Positions 1 through 9,640 of a stretch of 39,506 nucleotides of DNA are shown here, one piece after another. The first letter of the stretch is position 1. Each line of letters opens with the position of its first letter. Both the position numbers and the translations under genes were made by a program. The notes below the pieces were generated by a model that was not told the DNA's origin, searched no databases, and saw nothing but the letters and a program-made list of their open reading frames with translations. The stretch comes from Candidatus Thorarchaeota archaeon (lineage in GTDB: Archaea > Asgardarchaeota > Thorarchaeia > Thorarchaeales > Thorarchaeaceae): NCBI GenBank assembly GCA_016840855.1, contig JAEORO010000255.1:1-39506 (forward strand), in the 5' to 3' direction.

Positions 1-97
1 CTGTACTACAGCAATTATACCACACATCTCTGAGATACCTCATGTGTAATAGAAGTATCTTGTAGAATCGCGCAAAAAGGGTTTGTGTAAGTGAAAA

Positions 98-409
98 TTA
101 ACCAGTTAATTCAATTTCAATATATACAGAATCTGGAATTCGTACACGCATTATCTGACGAATAGCTCTTTCATCTGCATCAATATCGATTAGTCGTTTG
201 TGGACTCTCATCTCCCACTTATCCCAAGACTCGGATCCTTGGCCACAAGGAGTCTTTCTTGTAGGTACGACCATTCTACGTGTTGGTAATGGAATAGGAC
301 CTGCCATTCGGACACCTGTCTTGCGTGTAATTCTCTTAATTTGGTTACACACACCATCTAGGTGTTCAGTACTTGTGCTAGATAATCTGATTCTTGCTCT
401 TTGTGTCAT
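98..409 (-). CDS. rps10: 30S ribosomal protein uS10
   Basis: ARIRLSS...GPIPLPTRR...RKTPCGQG...[15 protein letters not shown] is the archaeal/eukaryotic uS10 signature; 103 aa. Confidence 0.97.
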   Translation of the reverse strand: MTQRARIRLSSTSTEHLDGVCNQIKRITRKTGVRMAGPIPLPTRRMVVPTRKTPCGQGSESWDKWEMRVHKRLIDIDADERAIRQIMRVRIPDSVYIEIELTG

Positions 410-534
410 CTAAGAATCCCTCAATAAGGGCGAGGTGTCCAAAGCTTCCAAATCTGAACCGGATAAAAAGCTTGTCTTGTGTGTGACATATTTTATGCTG
501 GAAGAAAGCAACGTCCATAAGCACCACATATCTT

Positions 535-1347
535 ATGATATATGTGATACAATTGAAGTTTCTTACAATTGTAAAATTAGGTGGATCAGTTATAACCTAC
601 AAATCTTCATCTCCTCCAAAAATTAATGAAACAAACTTAGACCGAATTGCTCATGAACTTCAAGCATATAGAGGAGATTTGATTATTGTTCTAGGCGGTG
701 GTGCTCATGGTCACCAAGCTGCTCATCATCATGGCTTTGCTGACTCTAAAAGTCCTAAAGAACTTCTCTTGAAAGGTATTCCATCAATACGCCACAATAT
801 GTCAACACTAGCATCATATGTTGAATCTAGTCTAAACAAAGTAGGAATCCCAGCCATTGTACTTCCACCATTTTGTTCTGTAATCCTTAGACAGGGTTTG
901 ATACATGAATTTCCAACTAATATCTTTAGAAAGTCATTAGATAATGAACTGGTTGTAGTAACCCACGGAGATGTCTGCTTTGACGAAACTCGTACTGCAT
1001 CTATTCTTAGTGGTGATACAATAGCAGTACATCTTGCAAAACAACTGAATGCGAAATCCATACTTATTGGAACTGATGTTGACGGCGTTTTGGATGGTAA
1101 TCCAAAAGATAACCCATCAGCTAAACATATTCCTATAATAAACCAAGAAAACAAGAAAGTCATTCTATCAAAAGTAGGACCTTCAACAAGCACCGATGTT
1201 ACTGGTGGTATGGCAAAAAAAGTAAGTGAGCTTCTTAAAATTACAAGACCTGATAGACAAATCATTATTTTCAATCTGGCAGTCCCTGACCGTTTGAAAT
1301 CCCTTTTACAAAATGAATCAACTATCTGTACAAGAATTCAATCGTAG
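535..1347 (+). CDS. ipk: Isopentenyl phosphate kinase (amino-acid kinase family); true start possibly TTG at 553
   Basis: IVKLGGSVIT, GGGAHGH (IPK His), HGDV, ILSGD, GTDVDGV and DVTGGMAKK motifs. Confidence 0.88.
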   Translation: MIYVIQLKFLTIVKLGGSVITYKSSSPPKINETNLDRIAHELQAYRGDLIIVLGGGAHGHQAAHHHGFADSKSPKELLLKGIPSIRHNMSTLASYVESSLNKVGIPAIVLPPFCSVILRQGLIHEFPTNIFRKSLDNELVVVTHGDVCFDETRTASILSGDTIAVHLAKQLNAKSILIGTDVDGVLDGNPKDNPSAKHIPIINQENKKVILSKVGPSTSTDVTGGMAKKVSELLKITRPDRQIIIFNLAVPDRLKSLLQNESTICTRIQS

Positions 1348-1348
1348 T

Positions 1349-4300
1349 TCAAATTGCTAAAGCTGATATATTATCATCAATCGTCTTTATAATTAAGTTA
1401 CTTGGAGTTGTTACACTATCTTCAAGATATTCTGATGCAGTTAATACGCACACGACTTTTGTTGATCTGCAATTCCTACATGCTATATCACTATGTAAAT
1501 GAAGAAGTGTATTCAATTGTTGTTGATTTGGAAAGATGACATACGAAATGTTATCTACACAGAGATCATAATATCCATGATTTTTTGAAACCGAAGAGTG
1601 ATGTTTACTCAATTCTCTCTCAATGACAGCAACAGCTTTTTCTTTCAAGCTTTTCAGAACTGATGAATTTACAAGCCAGAGACCTTCAGTCAGCTCAACA
1701 AATTGTGACTCTTCATTCACTCGTAACGCAATTAGTACCTCATCTGCTAACAGCTCTGTGAGAGCACGTTTTCCTTCCTCAATGTTCAATGGTGCTGATC
1801 TTCCTTTCAAAGATTGGAGAGCTGTAGTTTCAATAAACTCTAACAATTCTTCCCATTTAACTTGACCATTAGATATGTCAACCAAGTCCTGAATTAGACC
1901 GAACCATAATCGAATCTGAATAGCTCTATTTGTTGCAGATCCTATATCATGTATTGCGCCAATCAAATCTACATCTTCATCAACATCAGTCGTATCAGAT
2001 AAATTAGTTTGAACCGAGGACTCCTTAGATATACTAGATTCATATGTCAAATTATCAATCACTGAATCTAAAAACCTTGGAAATGCTGATACTACATTAA
2101 CATCGTTAAATTCCTCAGACGAATCCATTAGCTCCCTTAATTTTGCAGCAGCTACACTTCCTCTGACAATGACAAATAGTTCGCTTACACTATTCTGAAG
2201 CTTATTCATATGATTACGTATTTTCTCTAATGCTAAATTCAATGATGATGCTCTAAGATGTTCTGGAATCACTACCACTGCTTTGTTTCCAAAGACAATA
2301 TCAGGTAAACCAGAATTCTCAGAAGAATTATACTCAAGTCCAAGTTTCCCAGATATATATTCAAGAATCACATGTCTGACAGCTTTCAAGACTTGTCCTG
2401 GAAGAGCAAACACAAATCCTCCATTAACAAGTGCTAGAGATTCTCTCTCCATACTACCTAGTGACACAAGATTATGAATTATCTCTGAAATATCATCATC
2501 GACAATACTAGAATCCAGTACAGCAATAAGATTCCTGATTTCTTCTTCCGTTGCCCATCCTTCTGCCGCTAGGAAAGCAATGACGTGACTCCCTAATCGA
2601 TCAGTTCTGTTAAAAACAAGTGTTTGCTCGACAGATTCTTTTTTAGAATCAGGCATATCTATTTGTTTAACAACTTCTTCTACCTTGTCTGTCTTATCAC
2701 TTTCAAAAATTAGATTTGAATCACTTTCAGTAGGAATTGATTCCTCATCTTGTTTTAAAATTGCAGGAAATAGTTTTGTAGCAATCTCAAACGTTTCGGT
2801 GTGAGGTATACTCATCAATGCTCTGCCGCGTTTCAATGTCTTAAGATATTGTTCTTGACTATCAGATAGGGAAAGAAATCTTCCACCAACTTGGCTATCA
2901 TATGGTAAACGAAATACAATTTTTGTTGCAGTATTAGCTAGAATATTCGAGGAGATATTTGGTCTAGTCGATATTACAACAACTCCTTGTCCAGTTGCTC
3001 GTTGCAACATTACCATAGATTCACCAGTTGTTATATCTGCAGCAGATTGTCTTGTATAACTCTCTGGGACAAGATTACTAGCTTCTTCTAACACAACAAT
3101 ATGATGCAAACCTTCTGAAATTCCCCTCCTCATTGCATTATCAAAAATACGTTTGGCAATAAGATTGTAAAGTAGTCTCGCAGAATCCATTCCTCCAATT
3201 CGTGCAACATATGAAAGATCGAAAATAACACGCTTGTTTAATAAATCCGAAAATTGAACGGTCGTTGGTCCTCCTTTTAGGATTGAGCCCAATGGTTCAC
3301 GAGTTAATATCTCAAGGCGATTGAGTAAAGCATCTCTAGTCATAATTCCCGTACGATCATTCCCTGCCAGCTCAATTATCTTACTAATCAGAAATTGAAC
3401 TGAATTCCCTTCATCTAATGTATCTAAGACTCTAAATATAGAGTCTCGAAGTAATTTTTCCATAGCTGGAGAAAGCTCAGAAGAATCACCTCTTTCATTC
3501 AATAACTCTCTCAATATTACAAATGTGGAATGCGCATGGTTTTCATCGTCTGCCATTTCTGTATCAATCAGATTAATCACAAAAGAAACATCAAAACCTG
3601 GCTTTAGAACCATAACATCTGATTCGTCATGACCAACAAGATCAAGATATTCAGATCCTTTAACATCAAATATCAACCAAGGCACACTTGTTTTCTCACT
3701 TAACTGAGCCATAAGATGCTTTACGACTGTTGTTTTTCCAGTTCCTGTTGCTCCTAGAATTGCTACATGTTCTCTTAGCCAATCAATCTCGAGACCTACA
3801 TTAGATAATAGACGACCTCCAAAAACTGCTTTTCCGATAACTAGTTCATTATCTATCAACTCTTTTTTAGGAACTGGGAAAACTGGGGCTTGTTTTGAAG
3901 CGATAACTGGTAACTGTTGAACTGGTGTGTTTACGAAGGATGACAGTTGTGCTGTATGCATTCGTCGACGTTTCAAATGACGACGAGTTAATATCCTAAA
4001 GATTGTCCGCCTTGATATTTTTCTATGAATAAGTTTGATAGAATCTCCGCCACCCCATATTGAATAAACTAATCCACTAATTCCCTCCAAGTGAGTATCT
4101 ACATTTCCATCAATTGGCACGACTATTTTGAAGTATACTGAAGTATCAAACCAGCCTGCTCTATCATGAATCTCTTCATAACGAGCCAGAAGTTTTTTCT
4201 TTGAAGTATGATCTTTAAGTGATTCTTCATTTCGTTTTTCTTTAGCTTGAATATGTTTCCACTGACTTTCAAGAACATGTTTTTCTTTTCCTGGCTTAGC

Positions 4301-5146
4301 TGTAGAAAAAACGCATGTCATACTTGTTGTATATCCTTGCTTAATGGCTGTTGAAATGAAAGTTCCAATCTGAGTTGTTTCTTGAGTAGGAAATATTCGA
4401 GGTAATCCCTGAAAAGATATCAATCTTAGAGAGTGATTCTTCTTTTTAAAAACAAGATTCTGTGAATCAATATAAACATCTTCCATATTAGTTAAAATCG
4501 CATCTTGTAACAAATCGCCATCCAGAAGTTTCAATTCCACATTGTTTAATGAAGACAAAAGAATCGCTTCTGCTCTAGTAGCTTCTCTCCTTAGAATTTC
4601 ATCAATTTGGTCCTTACTAGATCCAGCTGCAGTGATAAAAATGCGTAGGAATGGTTCTCCGTTTGATACACCTGCTTCAAAACCTATATTGACTGATTTA
4701 TTCATTCCTGCACGCATCGCTAATAACATACTATCAATATACCTTGGTTTTCCATTTTCATCTAGGTATATCGAGCCAGATACCGACATAACATCAAGAC
4801 AACATGTCCCAATCACATGATCTCCAAGCGTAACAAAAAATATACTATTCACATTAGATATTACAGGGTTCTGAAGTCGTATTTTCCTCAGAGTCAATGA
4901 TAATCCTGAAAAAACAGGAACGAAACAAATAACCATTTCAACATACCCCTTCAAAGGAACTAAAGGCTGATCTATTAATCCAATCAATGGCAACACATAA
5001 ACAGATAGAAGATAGAGCCACACGAATGTGGTTCCGATTATCCAGATTGGGCTCAAGTATGAGCTTTGTCTACTATCGATACTTCGAGAAACCAATCCTT
5101 CATCTTCCTGTTTCGATAAGCGAAATGGCATCCATAGAATCCTCAC
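1349..5146 (-). CDS. Membrane-anchored HerA/VirB4-like (DUF87-type) ATPase with C-terminal winged-helix-like and nuclease-fold-like domains; start possibly ATG at 5131
   Basis: Two N-terminal hydrophobic helices; HVAILGATGTGKT Walker A; IFDVKGSEY; IVVLEEAS Walker B; VVISTRP; ILANTATKIVFRL; LKRGRALM. Confidence 0.8.
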   Translation of the reverse strand: MRILWMPFRLSKQEDEGLVSRSIDSRQSSYLSPIWIIGTTFVWLYLLSVYVLPLIGLIDQPLVPLKGYVEMVICFVPVFSGLSLTLRKIRLQNPVISNVNSIFFVTLGDHVIGTCCLDVMSVSGSIYLDENGKPRYIDSMLLAMRAGMNKSVNIGFEAGVSNGEPFLRIFITAAGSSKDQIDEILRREATRAEAILLSSLNNVELKLLDGDLLQDAILTNMEDVYIDSQNLVFKKKNHSLRLISFQGLPRIFPTQETTQIGTFISTAIKQGYTTSMTCVFSTAKPGKEKHVLESQWKHIQAKEKRNEESLKDHTSKKKLLARYEEIHDRAGWFDTSVYFKIVVPIDGNVDTHLEGISGLVYSIWGGGDSIKLIHRKISRRTIFRILTRRHLKRRRMHTAQLSSFVNTPVQQLPVIASKQAPVFPVPKKELIDNELVIGKAVFGGRLLSNVGLEIDWLREHVAILGATGTGKTTVVKHLMAQLSEKTSVPWLIFDVKGSEYLDLVGHDESDVMVLKPGFDVSFVINLIDTEMADDENHAHSTFVILRELLNERGDSSELSPAMEKLLRDSIFRVLDTLDEGNSVQFLISKIIELAGNDRTGIMTRDALLNRLEILTREPLGSILKGGPTTVQFSDLLNKRVIFDLSYVARIGGMDSARLLYNLIAKRIFDNAMRRGISEGLHHIVVLEEASNLVPESYTRQSAADITTGESMVMLQRATGQGVVVISTRPNISSNILANTATKIVFRLPYDSQVGGRFLSLSDSQEQYLKTLKRGRALMSIPHTETFEIATKLFPAILKQDEESIPTESDSNLIFESDKTDKVEEVVKQIDMPDSKKESVEQTLVFNRTDRLGSHVIAFLAAEGWATEEEIRNLIAVLDSSIVDDDISEIIHNLVSLGSMERESLALVNGGFVFALPGQVLKAVRHVILEYISGKLGLEYNSSENSGLPDIVFGNKAVVVIPEHLRASSLNLALEKIRNHMNKLQNSVSELFVIVRGSVAAAKLRELMDSSEEFNDVNVVSAFPRFLDSVIDNLTYESSISKESSVQTNLSDTTDVDEDVDLIGAIHDIGSATNRAIQIRLWFGLIQDLVDISNGQVKWEELLEFIETTALQSLKGRSAPLNIEEGKRALTELLADEVLIALRVNEESQFVELTEGLWLVNSSVLKSLKEKAVAVIERELSKHHSSVSKNHGYYDLCVDNISYVIFPNQQQLNTLLHLHSDIACRNCRSTKVVCVLTASEYLEDSVTTPSNLIIKTIDDNISALAI

Positions 5147-5449
5147 TTTACTTATTCAAGTATGATGACCTGTGAAGTCGAACCATCGTACTCCTGTTAA
5201 GCATAAGAACACCCCTAAACAAATCACAAATCATCAACTTCTCTATAGGAGAATAAAAACCCGGAAATAGAATTATGAAATAGTAACAACATTTCAGAGG
5301 TATAACTTCTGTATCTCAATAACTACTAGATTTACCTAGTTATTCCTCTGAATTTCAATCACAGTTTCAACCATTAAGTAAAGCAAACGAATAATTTCCC
5401 CAAGGGGGGATACGTTATCAAAAAATCAAACTGGTACCCGATTATACTC

Positions 5450-7384
5450 ATGATTTTACTCGCATCTTCATTAGCTCTATTTAGTAACTATCCAGTTTCA
5501 GCAGAAGACGAAATATTGGTGACCCGAGGGGACGCAATTACAATAACAGTAACACTTCTTCAAAACAGTAATTATGGAAGTCCTATACCAGATCAAGAAA
5601 TATTCTTTTTTGACCAAACATATGATACGTTTATTGGCATTGATAGAACAGATAGATATGGTATCGCATCTATTGAATGGGACATTCCTCTCAATCATGC
5701 TCTTGGACCAACAACTGTCAATGCAACATTTTATGGTAATGAAACTCTTTCTCTAGCACCTTCAAGTCAATGGACAATTTTGATAATATTATCATCTACA
5801 AATATCGAAGTGAATCAGATTTCTGAGATGCTTGCACCAGAGGATACCTTGTCCTTTTTTGTCCATTTAACCGATGACACAAATTACCCATTGTCAAACG
5901 CGACTATTAAAGTTCTCAAAGACAACATACTACTTTCATCGCACACAACAAATGTATCAGGATACATTCATTTTGAAATTCTATGTAATAGCACATGGAT
6001 TACGCTTGGAAATAATGAGATTCGCGTTGTTTTTGAACAAGATTTGCATAATTACTTGAAATCATCAGAAGTTATGTTCGTAGTCGATATATCAAAAATA
6101 TCAACTACTGTTTCCCTTCAAACTCCCTATCCCACCGAAGTAAAACTCAATGAATTTGTTAATCTATATGCTAAACTCTCTCAATTAAATGACTCACTAC
6201 CTAATGAACCACTCAAAGTATTCTTAGATGACTCATTCTTACTTACTACCACAACCAATAGTTCTGGAACTGCTCCTATCAATGTGAATATTGATGAAAG
6301 ATTCGTACTCGGGTTTCATAAATTGAAAATCCAATATAATGGGACTATTCGGTTCGCTGAATCATATTTTGAACTGCTTTTTTCTGTAATAAGTCCAGTA
6401 CAGATAATTATTGATATTCCCGAATCAGTTGATATCGGTTCAAACATAGAAATCCAAATCAATATCTCTGATTTATTAAATCGTACTATTCCAATTTCAC
6501 AAATTTCAATATTTGACTCAACTTCTAACCAGCAATTTACTTTTACATCCAACTCAATTGGAACAACAAACAATTTTCGATATGAGCTACAAGGACCTCC
6601 AGGAATTCATAGTTTGATTATTGAAATAACAGATAACCCATTCATTATGAATACTAGTTTAACTTGTAATTTTTCGGCTTGGTCTGTTCCAGACATATTG
6701 CTTTTAGATTGTAATGTCGATCAATACGCTTCTCCAGGTCAAGAGGTCTTCTTTGAAATCCAGATGAATGATTGGGCTGGGAATTGCTCTTTCAAACTGC
6801 TTAATCTTCTTATAGATAATGAATTCCAAGTTTCTATGCTTACCAATAATAGTGGTCGAGTAACCTTTGATTTTTCAGTTCCATACGTTGAAAAGCGATA
6901 CAATATATCCATATTCTATACTGGAAACACTTCTCTATTCGAGTGTTCAACCAAGTATGAATATAGTCTCCAAGTTACCAGTCTAATGCCTGTACGACTC
7001 GAACTCGATTTCTATGAAATAGTTAATCCTCTGCGTGAACTTTCTGTATTTCTTATAATAAAAGGTTACAATGGAACACTATTACAGGGAGTTAAAGTGA
7101 GTTTCAATTGGCTTAATTCAATCTTTAATGCAATAAGCATGGAAGGTGGTATGATTATTCTACATCTCACAATCCCAACTGCAGGTGGAAGCTATGTTTT
7201 ATTTTATGAATCCGAAACTTCTAGCTCAGTTCTTTCTGCTAGCGGATTATTCATTATTGAAATAGAAACATCCGACTTGATGTTTCTAGAAGGTGTTGGT
7301 ATCACTGGTTTAGCAATTGTACTTGTTGTTTCTATTGGAATTTCAATAGTTCCTATTATTCATCGAAGATATCTCATAAGTTAG
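5450..7384 (+). CDS. Secreted multi-Ig-like-domain surface protein with C-terminal membrane anchor
   Basis: Signal-peptide-like N-terminus (…PVSA|EDE); repeated beta-rich units with TDRYGIA/TNVSGYI/TNSSGTA/TNNSGRV and FYGN/YNGT/YTGN motifs; C-terminal TM helix followed by HRR. Confidence 0.75.
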   Translation: MILLASSLALFSNYPVSAEDEILVTRGDAITITVTLLQNSNYGSPIPDQEIFFFDQTYDTFIGIDRTDRYGIASIEWDIPLNHALGPTTVNATFYGNETLSLAPSSQWTILIILSSTNIEVNQISEMLAPEDTLSFFVHLTDDTNYPLSNATIKVLKDNILLSSHTTNVSGYIHFEILCNSTWITLGNNEIRVVFEQDLHNYLKSSEVMFVVDISKISTTVSLQTPYPTEVKLNEFVNLYAKLSQLNDSLPNEPLKVFLDDSFLLTTTTNSSGTAPINVNIDERFVLGFHKLKIQYNGTIRFAESYFELLFSVISPVQIIIDIPESVDIGSNIEIQINISDLLNRTIPISQISIFDSTSNQQFTFTSNSIGTTNNFRYELQGPPGIHSLIIEITDNPFIMNTSLTCNFSAWSVPDILLLDCNVDQYASPGQEVFFEIQMNDWAGNCSFKLLNLLIDNEFQVSMLTNNSGRVTFDFSVPYVEKRYNISIFYTGNTSLFECSTKYEYSLQVTSLMPVRLELDFYEIVNPLRELSVFLIIKGYNGTLLQGVKVSFNWLNSIFNAISMEGGMIILHLTIPTAGGSYVLFYESETSSSVLSASGLFIIEIETSDLMFLEGVGITGLAIVLVVSIGISIVPIIHRRYLIS

Positions 7385-7394
7385 AACTGGATTA

Positions 7395-7503
7395 TGGTGC
7401 TCCGGCCGGGATTTGAACCCGGGTCGGGGGATCGAGAGTCCCCCATGCTGGGCCGGACTACAATCGGTATCACTGTAACTAATCTACAATGGTCTACCGG
7501 AGC
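7395..7503 (-). tRNA. tRNA-Glu(CTC) with 31-nt non-canonical intron at 10/11 (7463-7493); CCA encoded
   Basis: Spliced form GCTCCGG TA GTGT AGTCCGGCCCA GCAT G GGGGA CT CTC GA TCCCC CGAC CCGGG TTCAAAT CCCGG CCGGAGC A CCA folds as a complete cloverleaf. Confidence 0.93.
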
Positions 7504-7588
7504 CGTAATGGTATGCCAGTCCGGAGCGCGAGAGGCCACGTCTGGAATTATACAAATAAGCCTTTCCCCAAAGTAAGAACTTTACTGC

Positions 7589-7798
7589 TTATGGCATATT
7601 GAACAGTTGAGTCAGACTGCTCCAACTATCTTGTAGGAGCTGTAGCAACCCCTCTACAACATCTTGTGCCCATCCCGTAGCCTGAAGGATGACTGCTATT
7701 ACAATAGAAACTGTAACAACTGCGAGACCAAGGAGTAGACTTTCCTCAACCAATGGTCCTCCCTTTTCATTCCTAATCAGACTTTTCTTATTTATCAA
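7589..7798 (-). CDS. Small Flp/type IV pilin-like protein with class III signal peptide
   Basis: Basic leader ...IRNEKG|GPLVEE followed by a ~20-aa hydrophobic helix; Glu at +5; 69 aa; directly downstream of a secretion ATPase. Confidence 0.7.
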   Translation of the reverse strand: MINKKSLIRNEKGGPLVEESLLLGLAVVTVSIVIAVILQATGWAQDVVEGLLQLLQDSWSSLTQLFNMP

Positions 7799-7865
7799 AA
7801 ATTTACACCTTAATCACCTGTTTAGACTAATCCTTTTAAAGCCCCCAAAAAGAATCATGTCTATT

Positions 7866-9566
7866 TTACACATCATGTTCTATGTATCTCATTGGATGTC
7901 CATTAAACCACATTTTTTCACTCAACATTTCAAGATCATATTGGTGCAAATTATCGCGAATGACTTCAATCAAATTTTCCAGTGCGGGAACATGACTTTC
8001 CACTCCCAAATCTCTCGCGTGGGTCATAAATGATCCATCATGGGACCAGTTATCGCTTAGTCCTTGACCACTATCATATACTCTATTTAGTCCACAGAAT
8101 TCTAATATGCCATCAACAATGCCTCTTCTTATTTCAACAATCTCTTTTATTCTACGTTCTGATTTACCTGGTATTGGTTTCTCTAAGGTGACTATTAAAT
8201 CCATCAAAGCAAGATTATCATTTTCTATTCCATGACCAAGCTTCCATCGAGAAACTAGACTTGACGCAGAATCACTATGACATGTTTGAATAGTGCGAAG
8301 ACCAGCAGTTATCGCTTGAAATAAAGCTTTACTATGTTCCGCTGTCTGAATCTCTCCAAGAATTAGATAATCCGGTGACCTATGTAGACACTTGATTATT
8401 TCATCACTCTTAGTAAACTTCGATAGCTGTTCATCCATAGAATCTACTCTAAATCGAACTTGGTGGGATCCTACTTGATTTCTACTCTCGATAACATCTT
8501 CAACGTAAATCTTTCTCCACCACTTTGGAGTAGTCATATCTAAAGCATTCAACAGAGTGGTCTTACCAACTCCTGGTCCACCTGTAATTGTAATATTGAA
8601 TCGACATGATATTGCAAAAAGTAATACTGCCGCCGCTTCAAGAGTCATCGTACCATTATCAATTAAATCATTAATTGAGAATGGATGATTTTTAGCTCGA
8701 CGAATCTCAAGATGTAATCCATCGGGACTAAGTGGTGGTACACTCACAGAGAAACGCATCAATGCATTTTGAATTTTCAAATCCATTTTGAGAGACGGAT
8801 TACTTCTATCTAGGTGAAGGTTACTCTCAGCACGTATCAGTGTAATAATTCTTGGTACTTCATGTTCTTGAAAAGTAATATCCGTGATACATCTACCAAA
8901 CTTTTGGTGATCAAAATAAATAGGTTCTCCAGGACGGTCAAGATATATCTCTTCAACCCTGTCATCAAGTATGATTGGCATTAATGCTCCAAGCACACTT
9001 CGACGATGAGCTATAATTTCTGAAAGTAATTTTCTTGTTGTTTCATTAATCTCTGGTATTAGATTTATAATATATTTCGAAACATTCTCAGTTTCTCGTT
9101 CTAGCTTTTGAGTAACACTTTCTCTCAATGATAATGATATTGACTTATCACCAATTTGAACTGACATATGGCTCAAATCATCAATAAGTGACTGCTCTAA
9201 AGCAGTTTTAACTATTGGAACTGTGATATACACTGTCCGATTAGATTCTTTTCTTTTGAAAATGGATAAATGAGGTCCAACTTTGTATATTGATAAGATA
9301 TTGTCTAATTTTTCCAATAATTGGTTATGAACACCTATGAAAACAGTTTCCCATCCCTCAGTTTTCCAAGAAGGCTCATTTCTATCTAAATTATTTAAAT
9401 CACAAAAGTGAAGCAAGCCTCTTTCTGATTCAACTAGAATTATCTGTGATTTTCTATTTCCTAATTTCTTAATCTTACTAAGCCTTAGACAACCTTCTGT
9501 ACTTCTCTGAGGACATGTTTCGCAACGCTTAATCTGACAATGAATTACATGGATATTTGTACTCAC
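7866..9566 (-). CDS. Type II/IV secretion (TadA/VirB11/FlaI-like) ATPase
   Basis: DDRVEEIYLD; PPLSPDG..LEIRR; ITGGPGVGKTTLLNAL Walker A; VEDVIE Asp box; RSPDYLILGEI Walker B; QTCHSDS His box. Confidence 0.9.
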   Translation of the reverse strand: MSTNIHVIHCQIKRCETCPQRSTEGCLRLSKIKKLGNRKSQIILVESERGLLHFCDLNNLDRNEPSWKTEGWETVFIGVHNQLLEKLDNILSIYKVGPHLSIFKRKESNRTVYITVPIVKTALEQSLIDDLSHMSVQIGDKSISLSLRESVTQKLERETENVSKYIINLIPEINETTRKLLSEIIAHRRSVLGALMPIILDDRVEEIYLDRPGEPIYFDHQKFGRCITDITFQEHEVPRIITLIRAESNLHLDRSNPSLKMDLKIQNALMRFSVSVPPLSPDGLHLEIRRAKNHPFSINDLIDNGTMTLEAAAVLLFAISCRFNITITGGPGVGKTTLLNALDMTTPKWWRKIYVEDVIESRNQVGSHQVRFRVDSMDEQLSKFTKSDEIIKCLHRSPDYLILGEIQTAEHSKALFQAITAGLRTIQTCHSDSASSLVSRWKLGHGIENDNLALMDLIVTLEKPIPGKSERRIKEIVEIRRGIVDGILEFCGLNRVYDSGQGLSDNWSHDGSFMTHARDLGVESHVPALENLIEVIRDNLHQYDLEMLSEKMWFNGHPMRYIEHDV

Positions 9567-9640
9567 TCAGTTGGCCACCTTACATTCCTATCTAGTTATC
9601 TAGAGAATTGCAAAATAATCTCATAGATTGACAAAATAAG

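Noticed and set aside
1349-7503. Integrated element at the tRNA-Glu 3' end
   Set aside because: No integrase, and I saw no duplicated tRNA 3' fragment (att site); the flanks are housekeeping genes
7394-7576. 60-aa ORF on the + strand
   Set aside because: It is antisense to tRNA-Glu; a shadow ORF
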